From positions 992,001 through 1,056,000 of the forward strand of contig JAFMPO010000001.1 of the NCBI GenBank assembly GCA_017654855.1: a stretch of 64,000 nucleotides of DNA. The letters run 5' to 3'. Shown in pieces: positions 27,132-39,756 of the stretch (the first letter of the stretch is position 1; each line of letters opens with the position of its first letter). This DNA comes from Podospora anserina. Taxonomy: Eukaryota. The position numbers and the translations under genes are program-made. A model generated the notes under the pieces. That model ran no database searches. It was given only the letters and a program-made list of their open reading frames with translations, and was not told the origin of the DNA.

Positions 27132-28945
27132 TGTGACCATGAACCTCCGGGGACGGTCGTTGCGAGTGCTGGATAAGGTCGCGGGCGACAATCGGCTGGC
27201 AGTAGAGAGGCTGGCCGCGGCAGTGTCGGCGGCGGCAGCAGCTGAGAAGGCGCGACGGCGGGTTGCTGCCGCTGGCGACGTGGGCGCTCGCTTGTCCTTG
27301 GATTTTCCCTAGAAACCCATAGGCGCGGGCGGTCGTGGCTGTTTGCGATGGCTGCGAGGTGCTGGGTGATGGATGGATTGATAGTGTTGGTCGGTGAGGG
27401 TGAGGGTTCGGAATGCCGAAATGCCGTGCAGAGAGAAGCCGTCTCTGTTGGGTTCGAGGTTGCCTTGTGCAGGTCGTAGAACTGCCTTGGCCGGGCGGAG
27501 AGAGGTGGCCTTGGATCCCGATTGAGAGAGTCGAAGAGGTAGCGATGCAACAACACAAAGACCCGCCTCGGACCCCCTCCCCAGCTTTTGTATGGGGCCT
27601 CAATGGAGCCTCGAAGCTCAAGCAAGTCGAGGGTCTGATTCGGCAACAAGGTCAGGCTGGCGATAAAAGGCGAATTGGTGTTGTTTGGGAGGACCAGTCG
27701 ACCGACCGTGAACTATTGTGTCGCTCCTTCCCTTGGTTGTGTTGTTTTGGTTTCGCTTTCAGTCGGAGCGCTGTCAAACCGTTGACCGTTGCGTTGCGGG
27801 AGAACGGGACTAATAAGCCGTCACTTGCACTTGCTCCTGTCCTTATCACGCACTACTCAAGCGTGACTGGTGTCGGTGGGGACAGGCCGAGATGGATTGA
27901 AATAGCAAAGGGCGATACAATGCCTGATATCCTCGTTATTTTGTCGAAACCACCTGAGATGGTGATGACAGAAGGAAAACTGGAAATGCAAGCACCTGGA
28001 AACGGAAGTGGAAGCTGGCAGAGGACCTGGACGGGAGCACGGAGCACAGACCGGGGAGCCTTGAGGTGGTGGAACTGGAGTTTTTGCTCGCCCTCTTTCG
28101 CTTCACCACGCTGGCGCATTTTACGGCACTGTAGCCCAGGCGGCAGCTCCCCAGGGCAATTAGACAGCGCCTGGGGGGAAAACATGGGGTCCCGGGCTCT
28201 TCTGACAGGCCAAACATGAGATACCTCGAGATGCGACACACCGCACTGCAAAGAGAAGGTATCGAGTCTTGGTGTTCCAGGGGCCGCATTGGCCACCGTC
28301 TCTTCACCACAGGAGAGCCTTGCCGGCCGTGCTCCGTGGCCCACCAGGCTGGTGATGGGAACGGGTCTTGCTGGTAACGCAGATCTGGCCCCACAGAATC
28401 ACGAAATGGATGCCGTGACAAGTGGGTGCGAGATCCAGCATGGGAGCTCCAGCTCGACGTGCCCATCCATCCAGGTACAGCGTCGTGAGTTCCAAGCCTT
28501 GTTGGACGTGTTGAGAGGCCATTGTACTTCCACCGGGTGTGTGTTGGACCGGCCCAACACACGCTCCACCGCAATGAAGCTGTCAACGGGTACCCGTCCA
28601 GAAATAGCTGGATGGGGACGATGGATGCAAGTGCTGGTTAGTGCACCGCCAAGGCGCTGTATTAAACCCATTTCAACATCCCTCACAGTCCGCTCCTTCC
28701 ATTTGCCGTTCTCAGACACTTTTGATTTCCAAACGCGCAGGGGTCATAGATTAGATTGCCTGCTAACCTTCTTCACCGGCTCTCTGCATTATTTGACCTT
28801 TTCGTCGACGGGATGAATGCGTTTGTCCTCTGTTGCTGGGTATGGAATGGCAACAATGACGACAAGCAACAAAGGAGTTTGAGAAGAAAGATCTGAGCTG
28901 ATCAGGGTTCAACCACGTGGTCCCCCTTGCCAGCATCTCACCACT

Positions 28946-28974
28946 GGATATCAGCCACGGATATCAGCCACGGA
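28946..28974 (+). repeat. Perfect 13-bp tandem duplication (GGATATCAGCCAC)x2 in the region upstream of the G-alpha gene
   Basis: Read directly: ggatatcagccac ggatatcagccac gga. Confidence 0.85.
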
Positions 28975-30453
28975 CCTCTCGCCCCGGCGCCACCAACTAC
29001 GACCTACACTTACTAGTCAGGAACCACCACACCACTCTCTCAACGCCTCCTCACCCTTTTATCGCGAATCCGCCTCTGAGACTATCCGCTCCCCGGATCG
29101 GCCATCGTGCGGTGAAGTGTTGTGGAGATCAGGGAGTTCTTTTTTCACATGGTGTCTCAGAACCCCCTATTGTGTTCAGCCCCCGTTTCGACGTCTCACT
29201 CCACAACCAAACCAGGTATGAACCTCAAGATCCCAACTCCCACGTGTCTTTCCTTTTCTCTGCCGCCTTCCCGTGCCCCGGAAAATCCATTTCTCGGAAG
29301 CTCACGGACGACAAGATTTCCAAAGCAGGACAAAGATGCAGGGGTGAAGACGATTGGAAAACCGTTTCTTGCAACTTGTGATGCGGGAAGAGCTGTGCCT
29401 CGCATTGGCTCGCGACCGACTCGGCTGCCATCGCGCTAGCTTCTCACCTTGGCGTCTACATGCATTGACAGAGACAAGTTGACACTCTGTTACAGTGGCT
29501 TCACACTCCTCCCTCTTTTGCATTTTCCGAGCTGCCAGATGCAGACACCGATGCCGAGAACCACAATGCAACCTTGCCAGCCAAGCTTGCGATCGCGAAT
29601 ATGTTTTTGGACAACGTATAGGGCAGAAAAAGAAAACCCTACGGCGCAGTGCTTGGGAGCCCAGCTGAAACAGGCCATTTTCTGCCTTTCATCCATCATC
29701 TGCCGTTCACCGCTGGACTTTTGAGTGATCTAAACGCCGCGTCTCCTGCATCCGTCCGCTCGCGCCGGGAGTGCACTGGAAGAGGCAGCGAAGTCAGCAG
29801 TCCAATCGGTAGCAAATCCCCCGATGCGCTGTAAGCCCTTGCCGCAAACCTGCACGCCTCGATCTAGGAAATACACCAATCAAATTCTGTGGTAAAAGAG
29901 CCAGGAGCCAGAGGGCACTGTCTCATAGGGTTGCTTTTTCCTTCTGCGACTGCATAATTGACGCAGTTATACATGCATAAGGTTGGTTGATGATAGTTGG
30001 TGGGTGGTTGACGCAGAAAAGGGGGCAGAAAAGGGGCTTCAGCTGTGGTTTGAAGAGCTGTAGCAACTTAGAGAAATGGGATATTCTATTCGCATCCACC
30101 GTCCATGAGGAAGGTAGCCAACAGGAAACTGCAAGTAACCTCCAGCGTAGGATGAGTGACGTACTTGATAGATCGCAAGCATGATCGGTACGGATTATTC
30201 AAGACATCCCATAGCACACTTGACCCTCAGAAAAGCCTAGAAGAAGAGCGGCTCGCTGTAACATGTTCAACATTGGATAAACAATTTAGCCCTCACAAAC
30301 TTAGATACCCCAACTGTCCACCCGCTGCCAACGCCCTTCCCAGAAGCCCCGAAGAAAACCCCGCTGTTCACTCCGCAAAACTAAAGAACCTAACACCGTT
30401 TTCCGTGGACAATAGGAAAAAGAGGCTCCTGCATGAGAAACCGCAGCAGGCAG

Positions 30454-32602
30454 CTAGATAAGCATCGAGTGCGACCTGATGCCCTTTGGCCCCAACTCAC
30501 TGTTTCATTTTGTTAGCGGAATTGTGCGTCAAACTCAATGGGGCAGAAAGAAAGACTTACTTATAGTCCACCCTGCTGAAGCTCATACTCCTTTGTGCCT
30601 CTAGTCCGGCTGGGTCCAAGTTGTGAATGCAAAAGGCCAGGCGCGCTGCTACCTGCGCACCCAGAAACATGGCTTCCTCGAAACCGTTCTTGGTCCATTC
30701 CGCCAGATAAGTCGGCAGCGTAGCCAGCTTGATGTTAGTGGGTGTCTGGCTGTGGAAATGATGGCTTGTCTGTAGCTGACCGTCTGCGCCCACAATCTGG
30801 CCTTGAAGGCCGCCGGGGACGCCGAGGCTGGCGGCGGTGGTGGCGGCTTGAAGCAACGGGTTGACGCTGCTGCTTGTGGGCAACTGGCCAGTGAATGAAC
30901 CAGTGGGTGTCTGCGAACCAGTTCCGGAAGGGGTGCCGATGTTTGATGGCAGCTCCGAGGTGAACATGGTGGCAGAGGAAGGGGAGATCAGGTGGCGGGC
31001 TTGAAGGGTTTGCATGATATTGTCCTTTAGGCCACGGATGCGCGCTCCGTTGCCGACAAAGACCAGATTTTCCCAGCAACTAGGGCGCATGTACATTTCA
31101 TCGATGCCCTGTACGGTGTGGTAGATGGTGGTGACAATCCGATCGATTTCCTTGCGGTCCGCAAACAGGAAGCGCTCTAGGCCCACCTCGATATCACGAC
31201 GGACCCGGCGGGAGATGCGCTCTGTAGCTGGAGCAGCAGCAGGGGGTTGAGCTGCTGCTGGAGGCGCCGCAGTATCAGCAGCAGGTTGCGCTTGCTCTCC
31301 TCCTGTCTTCGCGGCAGGTTCATCGGGTGTCGTTCCTGCATCGTCAGTCGACGCTGCAGGGGCAGCACCAGAATCGGCCATCTCGACGTCCTTGGACACC
31401 CCGTTCTCTGCTGGAGCGGAGGCTGAGGGAGCCGGTGCTGCAGGGGGCGCAATAGGGACATCCTCAGTCACCAATTCTTCGTAGTGAAATATGGTCTTGG
31501 TTCGCTTCGAATTCGGCAGTCTGGCCTTGGCCGCAGCAGCGGCATCGGTCTCCTGCCCCTTGCCCTTTCTGCCAGCCTTTGCCTTCTCCGCCTTGAGCTT
31601 TTCCTGTTTCGCCAAAAACTCACGGGTTTGACCGCTGACGACCAGACTGGCCACATCAAGCACGCCTTCCTCATTAACCACCTTCTCATCGCCATCGATA
31701 CCCAGGTCATCATCAGCGCCCACCACAGTGGTGACAATCTTCGGTCCTTCTGTCGGCGCAGCCGATGATGTCGCTGTTCCGTTGCTGCCAGTCGCGGATC
31801 CCCCCTCTGTCGGCAGCTCCATAAGCTCCTTGGACTCGGCGGCATAAGGCAAGACCTCACAGACCGGGCTCTTCTTCAGTTGCTCCGCCATCTCATGATC
31901 AAACCCCTGCTCCTTCAGCAGCTCCATCAGCCTCTTGGTAAAGAACTCTCCGCCGCTGATTCCCCTTTTCCTCTCCTCGTCAGCCTTCTCGCTGTCCCTG
32001 ACATTCCCCGGCCCAACATCATTGTGTCCAACTACCCTCCCTTCATATACACATGTAACGTCCACCTTTTCGAACCCCACATCCACCACTGTCATGTTTG
32101 GCCATTTGAGACCGTACTGTGTCGCCAATCCGCTGTGAAGCAGACACAGCGCGGGGGTCTTTGTCTTCTCAAACACGTAGCGCGAAATCACCTCGCAGTC
32201 CGCCTTTGTCCACTGCGGACTCGCCATCAGCATGATTGGTGTGTTGTGGTATGTCGTCGTCAAGGCTTGGTGAACGTGTTCGAGAAACGCCAAAAACGCC
32301 TCCATGTGCACAATGTGGCCTGCCTGAATCGGATAGATGGCCCCTTCCAGTGAATCAACATCCTCCACCCAGTCAAAATCGTCCTCGCCTTCTCCCTTGA
32401 CACCGGCCGTGGTCTTGGGTCGCTTGTACGTGTGGAAGGGCCTAAACTGGCCCTCCACTCCTGGGTCAGGAAACATGCGAGTCGGAAACCGGTGCTGTGG
32501 TGGTGTGAGCTCGTTGCATCCCATCTGAGCCAGTGTTGTCTGGGAGCCGGGGCAGATGATGAGGACCTGTTCCTCGCGCCATTTGCCAGTTGAGCCAGAC
32601 AT
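30454..32602 (-). CDS. ARP9: Actin-related protein Arp9 (SWI/SNF-RSC subunit)
   Basis: Actin-fold motifs VLIICPGSQTT, YPIQAGHIV, TVVDVG, AEQLKKS, WENLVFVGNG, FLGAQVAAR. Intron 30500-30560 gives the C-terminus VDYNELGPKGIRSHSMLI*. Confidence 0.88.
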
Positions 32603-33636
32603 TGTATGTTGTTACCCCCCCTCCTCTTAATTAGATCTGAACTGTAGCTTTGTATCTTGTTCCCTTTCTTGGCCAGCAGATGGGTTCCTCTCGACCGCGG
32701 CGTGGGCTTGCGTTCTCAATGGGGGAGTGTAAACCAAGGAGCTAAGGCTGCCGGTCAACAGAATGCAAACATCCAACTCGGGTGGTGGGTATCGAATTGG
32801 CGAGAACTAGAATTGGCGGTGCGTCACAAACAATATTCAAATCGCCTGCCTGGTCGAGACGTCGCAGATATTTCAATGCGCCAAAAATCAAAGCTTCGCG
32901 CTGTGTTGCAATTTGTGTTGCTGGAGCTGAGCTTCAAATGGTGGGAGAAGGCGCGGCTGCGGGACACAGACTGACAGAGAGGCACGACTCGGAGCGCGTC
33001 GTCCTGTGCAAGAGAGCTCTTGAAATTTTGGGTGGGGCGATTATGTAAGTCACATGCCGCCAGCAGTACAACCCCTGAATCGGTGGTGGTTAAGCACACG
33101 CTACATTCGGCAGTCTTGAACAGCAACTGGGTGCCGTAGTCTGATTTGTATAATATATTGAAACAGCTTGGTCCCAGCTCTGATGCCTGAGAGTATCATT
33201 CATCATGCCTATACTGACCCATCTGAGCCGTAAGTGCCAAAGCCGTAGTTAGGCCACCCCCATAAACATTACTAAATACAGAGATTCCAAGGTATGTCAA
33301 AATCGCCCAGTCTCCCAGTCCACTCGTCAAGCTCCCGCTGGCAGTGAACCATGACCCTCTCCACCAAACGCCCAAGATCGATGCGTTGAATTCGCCCAAA
33401 TCCATCCCAGTTCCACCCAAGTCCTGTAAAACGCCCAGTCATGAAGGTATCAGCCGTTGCAAAGAAAAACCACCAACCCTACCTATTCCGCACATTTCCC
33501 CCCAAGTCTCGGCCTCGGCTTAGGCCTGCCGGCTAAACAGAAGAAAGGTGCATGTCCTATGACATACAAACATGACCACCCACGTATGTCCCCTTTCACA
33601 CTAACAAACGCCATCAAGCGCCGTACCGCCATCCGC

Positions 33637-36025
33637 TCAAGAAAGAGCGACCGAGCTTCCTTCTGTGCTACCAGAAGGCGAGATTATTCTTAGGGCTTTC
33701 GCGCCATTCGCCGCCTTGGTCTCTTCCTGAGGATGTTCAGTGGCGCTGAGAAACTCATTTTCCGTAAGGGGGGTCCGCGGTTCTCTTTCACTCTCCTCTT
33801 CCGCCGACGAGGGCAGTTCAATGTTCTGCGGTACCGGTGGGACCTGGTCGCTTTCATGACTCTTTCTCTGTTCCAAGTTGGTCTGGACTGCAATGGCAGT
33901 GCTGACCGATGACGAGTTCTTTTGGTGGCGAGGGCTGTTGGGGCGTGAGTCGACTTTGATCGAGTTTTGCTCCTGACCGCTGGTTGAGATGGCTTCGTCG
34001 ATAGAAACATCGCCAGCAGTATCAACATCCTCGGCGCGGGACGAGATCGAGAGAAATGAGTTGCGAACGGGGCTTCGAAGTGACGACACGTCACCGTACT
34101 CAGTTTTGCTACCGCGAGACACACGAGCCGGACTCCTGGCGGGAAGAGGAGGCGGAACTCGTTTTGCGATGGTTACTACATTGGCGCCTTTGGCTTGGAT
34201 AACCTGGGTGACTTGCGAAGTGCGAATCGACGAACGTGTAGGCTGCGCAGCGGCGGTAGCGACCTCACAGATGATAGGCTCCTCCTCATCCTCTTCGTCA
34301 TCTTCGTCGTCGGCATCTTCGTCGCGCTCGTCATCCGCCTCTGGGAGAGATCCGGTCGAAGTTGCAGGGGCATTGGCATCCCTAGAAATTGTTTGAGTCT
34401 CCTTCTCAGCCACAACCTGCGTTTCCCTCGCCTGCTCTACGAGCTTCTCCTCCTTGACCTCCTGAATTACTTCCATCTCTTTGAACTCTGCAATCTGTGC
34501 TGGGGGTACCTCCGAGGAGCGTTTCCGGAGTCTTTCAATGAAGCTTGTGTCAACTTTTGTGTAGTCAACTTCCTCAGGTTCAACAACAGTAGGCAGCTTG
34601 TCGGACATCGCGTCTTTCCCGTCATCGCTATTTGCGCGGCTAAAGCTGGTTTCAGCCTGGCTCGTCACGTCCGTCTGAGTGTAGGCATCCGTCACGGCGG
34701 TGGCCTGTGTCCTCGACGACATGCAGCTGCCTCGGTTGCTCCTAGAAACGAACGTCTCCATGCTCTGGCGGCTGAACCGAGCAAAGACAGGGCTTGTCGG
34801 ACTGGGGTGGTATTCGAACTGTGTGCTCGTCGGTCTCAACTTGGAGCCAGCTTCGCGGATCTCGATACCGGCCATTTCAAGGCCTATAACGCCAAAAGGG
34901 TCCGGGTCGTTGGCGTCGGGAATGCCGAAGGAGAGGGTCGAAGGTGTCGTCGGGGGCATTCTGGGAATCTCGATGACCGCATCTCCGGGAGCCGGTTGCT
35001 GTGCTAGCCACTCAAAAAGGGGCTTGTCAAAATCAGTTCGACCCTCGGCAGCCTTGATGACCTCAAATAAAGGACGCATTTCCGGGATAGTCTTGGGGAT
35101 GTTGCCAGCAAGGATGTCTAAAACCGAAACATTGGCGCTGTAAAATCTTTCGTTTTCGTTCGTCCGTTCTGTGACCAAGGATCCGTCAAGTGCCACTGCT
35201 TGATGCTTTCCCCTAGCCTTCACATACGTCAACACAGTATCACCAATTTCCTTCCACTTGATTTCCGGTTCCGGGCCCTCCATGGCAGTTAACGGCCCCA
35301 CAGCGAGGCTGACGTCGTCGCCCAGCATCAGTCTCGGGCGGGTGAAGAGCTCCAGGGTCTGGACGCTGTTGATGACCAGAACGCAGTCGTATATGTCGAC
35401 ACCGATCACAAAGCCGAGCTCGGCTGTGTGGAGTATTATTCCAGATGGAGGTGACCATGTTCCATCAGCTTTCCGAGCGGTGATGAGACCAGCGCCACCG
35501 GAGCCCGACATCCAGAGGCCGGATCGCATGCAGGAGAAGATGGCGATACCAACGGCATTCTGTATTATTCGAGGCGGGATCTTTTTGGTAGTGTATATCT
35601 GTGCAGACTGCGATGGGGGATCGGTAGGTGGTGATACGGTTCGTATTGGTTGCGCTTCTGGAAATTGAAACCCATCGACTAGTTTCCCGTCAGCTTAAAT
35701 GAATAACCATCCATCTGGAATGCGGCGTAGACCCACAGCAGAACGACTTTAGTATTCTAGCAGCCTTGTCACATTCCTTGTCGAGCGTTGTCGGCCAGTA
35801 TGTCTCGCGATCGAAACGGGTAGGTGTCTTGCTCGCTGCCGACGATGTGCTGAGACGATGGGCAGGGACGGCGATCTTTCCGGCCCATCCAAAAACTTTC
35901 CCAAGAGCCCCCGGTGTTGAAGCCGGGGCATCCGTCACCGCTGTCGATGCCGTCGTCCTGGTGCTGCTGATACTGGCTTGCCTCGGCCGCTCCCACGAGG
36001 GGAAAAAGGACGAAACACGCTGCAT
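33637..36025 (-). CDS. SYLF (Ysc84/Lsb3-type) domain protein with a long disordered tail
   Basis: YWPTTLDKECDKAARILKSF, intron 35679-35736, then GIAIFSCMRSGLWMSGSGGAGLITARKADGTWSPPSGI...GVDIYDCVLVIN...NERFY, the SYLF signature. Confidence 0.88.
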
Positions 36026-39000
36026 GGTGGTGGACTGTGGCGAGCTTGACGCCGACCAGGCCTTTCACCAAGCTCGTCTGAATAGGGGAGGGAGGGGGAG
36101 ACTCGCGAACGGACGATGGTGGGAGTTTTCAATTTGACCCAGGCAAGAACCTGGAAAACCCAACCAGATCCGACCAGTGCCGAACCAAACAATTCCGGGC
36201 CAGTCCCGGCAGCCCGACTGCTGTGGACAAGTGACGTGGGCGATGATCACGCCAACCGAGCGCGCAGCTTGGAAAAAGCAACCACCACAAGGGACGCACT
36301 GCACAGGAGTTGACGGCCCTGAATGTGCAACCAGGGCTTGGACGGCCGTTAGCGCGGAACCTGGCTTGAAGATTGTATGATGCAAGGCAAGGACATAGGC
36401 ATGCTCCCGTCCATAGAAGGGAAGATATGCTAGAGGCTTTGGGAACAATCCGACTGCCATGTATGTTCTTCAGTCCTCATGAATATGGAGATCCCATCCA
36501 AGCGAACACTGACAATTGTGTGATGCTCAGGAAGAAAGCAGCTGGAGAGGCTTGACCTACTATAGAAGTACTGTCCTAACAATGATTCATGGACTGGGAG
36601 GTGCTCCAGGCGCGAGATCACGGACCAGGGTGTTTCTGGGCGGACAAGGATGCTGCAGCCTGGGACCTAGCGCTTCTGCTTGAGTCGTAGCCCCCAAAAA
36701 CTCTTGGGGCTGTTTGCCAGTCAATGGATGACGAGTGGATGATGGGGGGTTGCAATGCGGATGGCGATGACACTCTCTGCTGCCGGGCCGGTGATTCTCA
36801 TGCAGAAGCGTTTAATCGCGAGATGGCGGTGCCTGGGATCGCTCGACTGTGAAAAAGCATACAGATCTTGTCATTAATTTGCGTCTGGCTGAGATGGGTC
36901 TGATGATGCGGCGGCCATTGAGAGCACGTTCGGGTGTCAGCCGGGCCCTGTGTCGTTTAGGAGCGTCCAATGCCGATCTCTTGATGTCTTGGACTTGCCC
37001 TGCGCCGTTCAGAACCAAGTGGGGGGTCGGATTGGGCGGCGACGAGCATGAGCGAGCACGGGCGTGGCTGAAGAGGACAGGAGTATCGCAAGGTCGAGGC
37101 AGCCGTATTCAGGAGGGTCGATGTATGTATCAGCTGAGGTGGCAGAAGAAATGGAGAAGGGGGGGATGCAAGACACAGGAGGATGAAGAAGAAGAAAAAA
37201 ACGCGAAGATGGTGCGAAGAAAGCACGGATGGAGGGGTTTGTATCCGGAGCTTGCAGTTTGCTGCAGTCAGCAAGTGGAATCTAAAGACTTTCCCAGACA
37301 ACTGGAAGCGACTTAGCAAGCGAGTGCTGAAGCTGCTGGATCCGGAGCGAAATGACGGCGGGACGATATCAAGAAGGCATTCCGGAATGGCTCCATTCTT
37401 TTCAGCTTTTGAGAACACCGACGAGTGAGAAGCCAGGTGTGCTCTGGAATTCCTTGGACAAAGAATGGGAGTCCCTGCCAAGTGGTGAATAAGGTTGGGT
37501 GGGTGACCATGGTTGGAACATCGCCATTTCACCCGGACGGAGCCCTGCATTGTGCCTTTCATATCACTTGTGAAAAGGTCTGAAAAGTTCTTTTTGTTTT
37601 CCTCACCATCGCCCAACAATGTCCCGTTTGTCACCCTTTCATCTGACCGATTTTGCACTTGAACCTCTGAGTTTGATGCGATGTATTTATATTGTTCCCT
37701 TCCTGTGGGATGGTGCGTATACATATGCGCAATATGGGATCCCATACCTTGAATGCGGCAGTGGCGGAGGCTGTGAGCTTGATCTTGGATGCGAACTGTG
37801 GAGTTTCAATGCGGGCCTGCAAGACAAGCGGGATCCCACATCGAACCGTCCCCACTTTCCAAACTTTTTAGCTGATGCACTGACCACTTTTAGTCCCTGG
37901 TTTTGACCCCACTTTGGATCAAGGACAACGGAGACGACATCTCGTTCCTGAGCTCGGTAGGTGTTGGTCGATTTTGAACATCAGCATCTTGCTAAGTTTG
38001 ATTCGGCATTATTTCAGTTTGCTGATGCAAAACTTGTTTTCTTTTTCTTTTCCTTTTCATTGTGCAGGAATGTTGGAGCTCAAAGTTGCCTGCCTCTGCC
38101 CCTCTCTCCACTGAAAACAGCATGGTCACTCCCAACCTCGCCCTCCCCACGAGACACCACCACCAAAGTTTCACATACACATACACGGACACAGGTACAG
38201 AAACACAGGCGGAAAATGCAAAATAAATTAAACACAGGGCATGTCCCAAGCGCGGTCAGTCCTCAGCCACATCCGCCTTCATATGCTACTGAATGAATGA
38301 TCTGCCTGGCCGACCGTTTTCGTCTGCCGTCTGTGCCTTCAGCTCTCGGCCGGTAGTCTCGTTGACCCCGCGCGGTGCGCAGTTGGGTTTGTTCAACCAT
38401 TGAAACATCCTTGCCTGGAGTGATTGCACGGACCCCAGGATGCCTCGATATTGCTGCCCTCACTTCAGCCCCCTCGCATTGTTTGCTTTTTGATATGCTT
38501 CGGTTGGGGCCGGGTTGAATCAGTTGGGTTTCGGTGCATGTTGCGGAGCGACACTGGTCATGAATTGGGTGTTAGTCAGGGGCAATAGGTAGAAGAAAGG
38601 GAGCATCTACCCGACTCCAGGAACAGAGTTCAGGCATCAGAGAGCTGTAATCCGTACGAGTAGAGCCCTGAATATTCGCCGATGAGTGTGAAGCATTCTC
38701 ATGTCTCCCGCTTGTCTTTCCACCTTAAAAAGGCGCCTCGAGCCTTGGTATGCGGGTTATGACTATGTAGGCTGGGTGATTGACAGCATCTTGTCAATAC
38801 CCCCAATGTCACAATTTCACGATGGCTTACTCAAACAACGGTGCTGCGGCACTGCGTCTGATGCAACCGCAACAGTTTAGAACGGCACGGCACACAACTA
38901 TTGCTACAACGTTGGGATGACAAAACGATAAGCAGCATATGGGACGAGATGAGAAAGTGGGGGTCGGTAAGTTCTGATACGATCTATGGTTTATCACTCA

Positions 39001-39756
39001 CCTTCGAAACCTCTGGTGCAAGTCATGACGCTCTGTCCCATTGAAAAGTGTGGGAGTCTCATCTCACTCTCTATGCCAGGCACACGCCACAGTCTTCTCG
39101 AGAGAAGTGCACCTTCTCGTCAAGCACAGTGATGGATGCCTGCCCTCGGGCTGTTTGACCAACCATTATTGCTGCTTCGAGTGTTACACCACTTCCATGC
39201 CTTGAGTAGTGAATAGCAACACGTAGAGGCGGTGCTGGTCTCTGCCCAGTACGCTCAGGTCGCCGCTTACAGGGTGAGTGAGTCAAGGTGTCCCATATCA
39301 AGGTGAACAGACATTATCGCCAACAAAGGCGTTGGCGGACTCGAGACTGTCCAAATTGCATGGAATGCTTACCGGTCTCCAAATATCAAACATGATTCCA
39401 GTAGGTGCTCTCAACGTCGTGGAATCTGACCAAACACGCCAAAATAAATGACAATTGCTTGCATTCTCTGTGTCTAGACATATTTGTGTAAATGTAGCCA
39501 TGTTCCGTAACACCTGTCCCCCAAATAAGATACATGAACGCCTGCCTTCCTGAACCAGCCAGTCCCACAACGTCTAATGCTGTATTATGTTGTTCGCTGA
39601 TGAAAACATCAAGAAAAGAAATAAAGGTACACGTTGTAGGTCTAAGATATTATCGTAAAAGGTCGTGAGGTGTGTGATGTGATTATTTACATCTTTTGAG
39701 TGGAGGTCGTGTCGTATGATTGCTGTCGTGGGCTGCTGCCTTGTCACTCCCATGCA

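Noticed and set aside
27413..28219. 268-aa plus-strand ORF upstream of the G-alpha gene
   Set aside because: No recognisable domain, non-coding-like composition, and it lies antisense to the probable G-alpha 5' leader.
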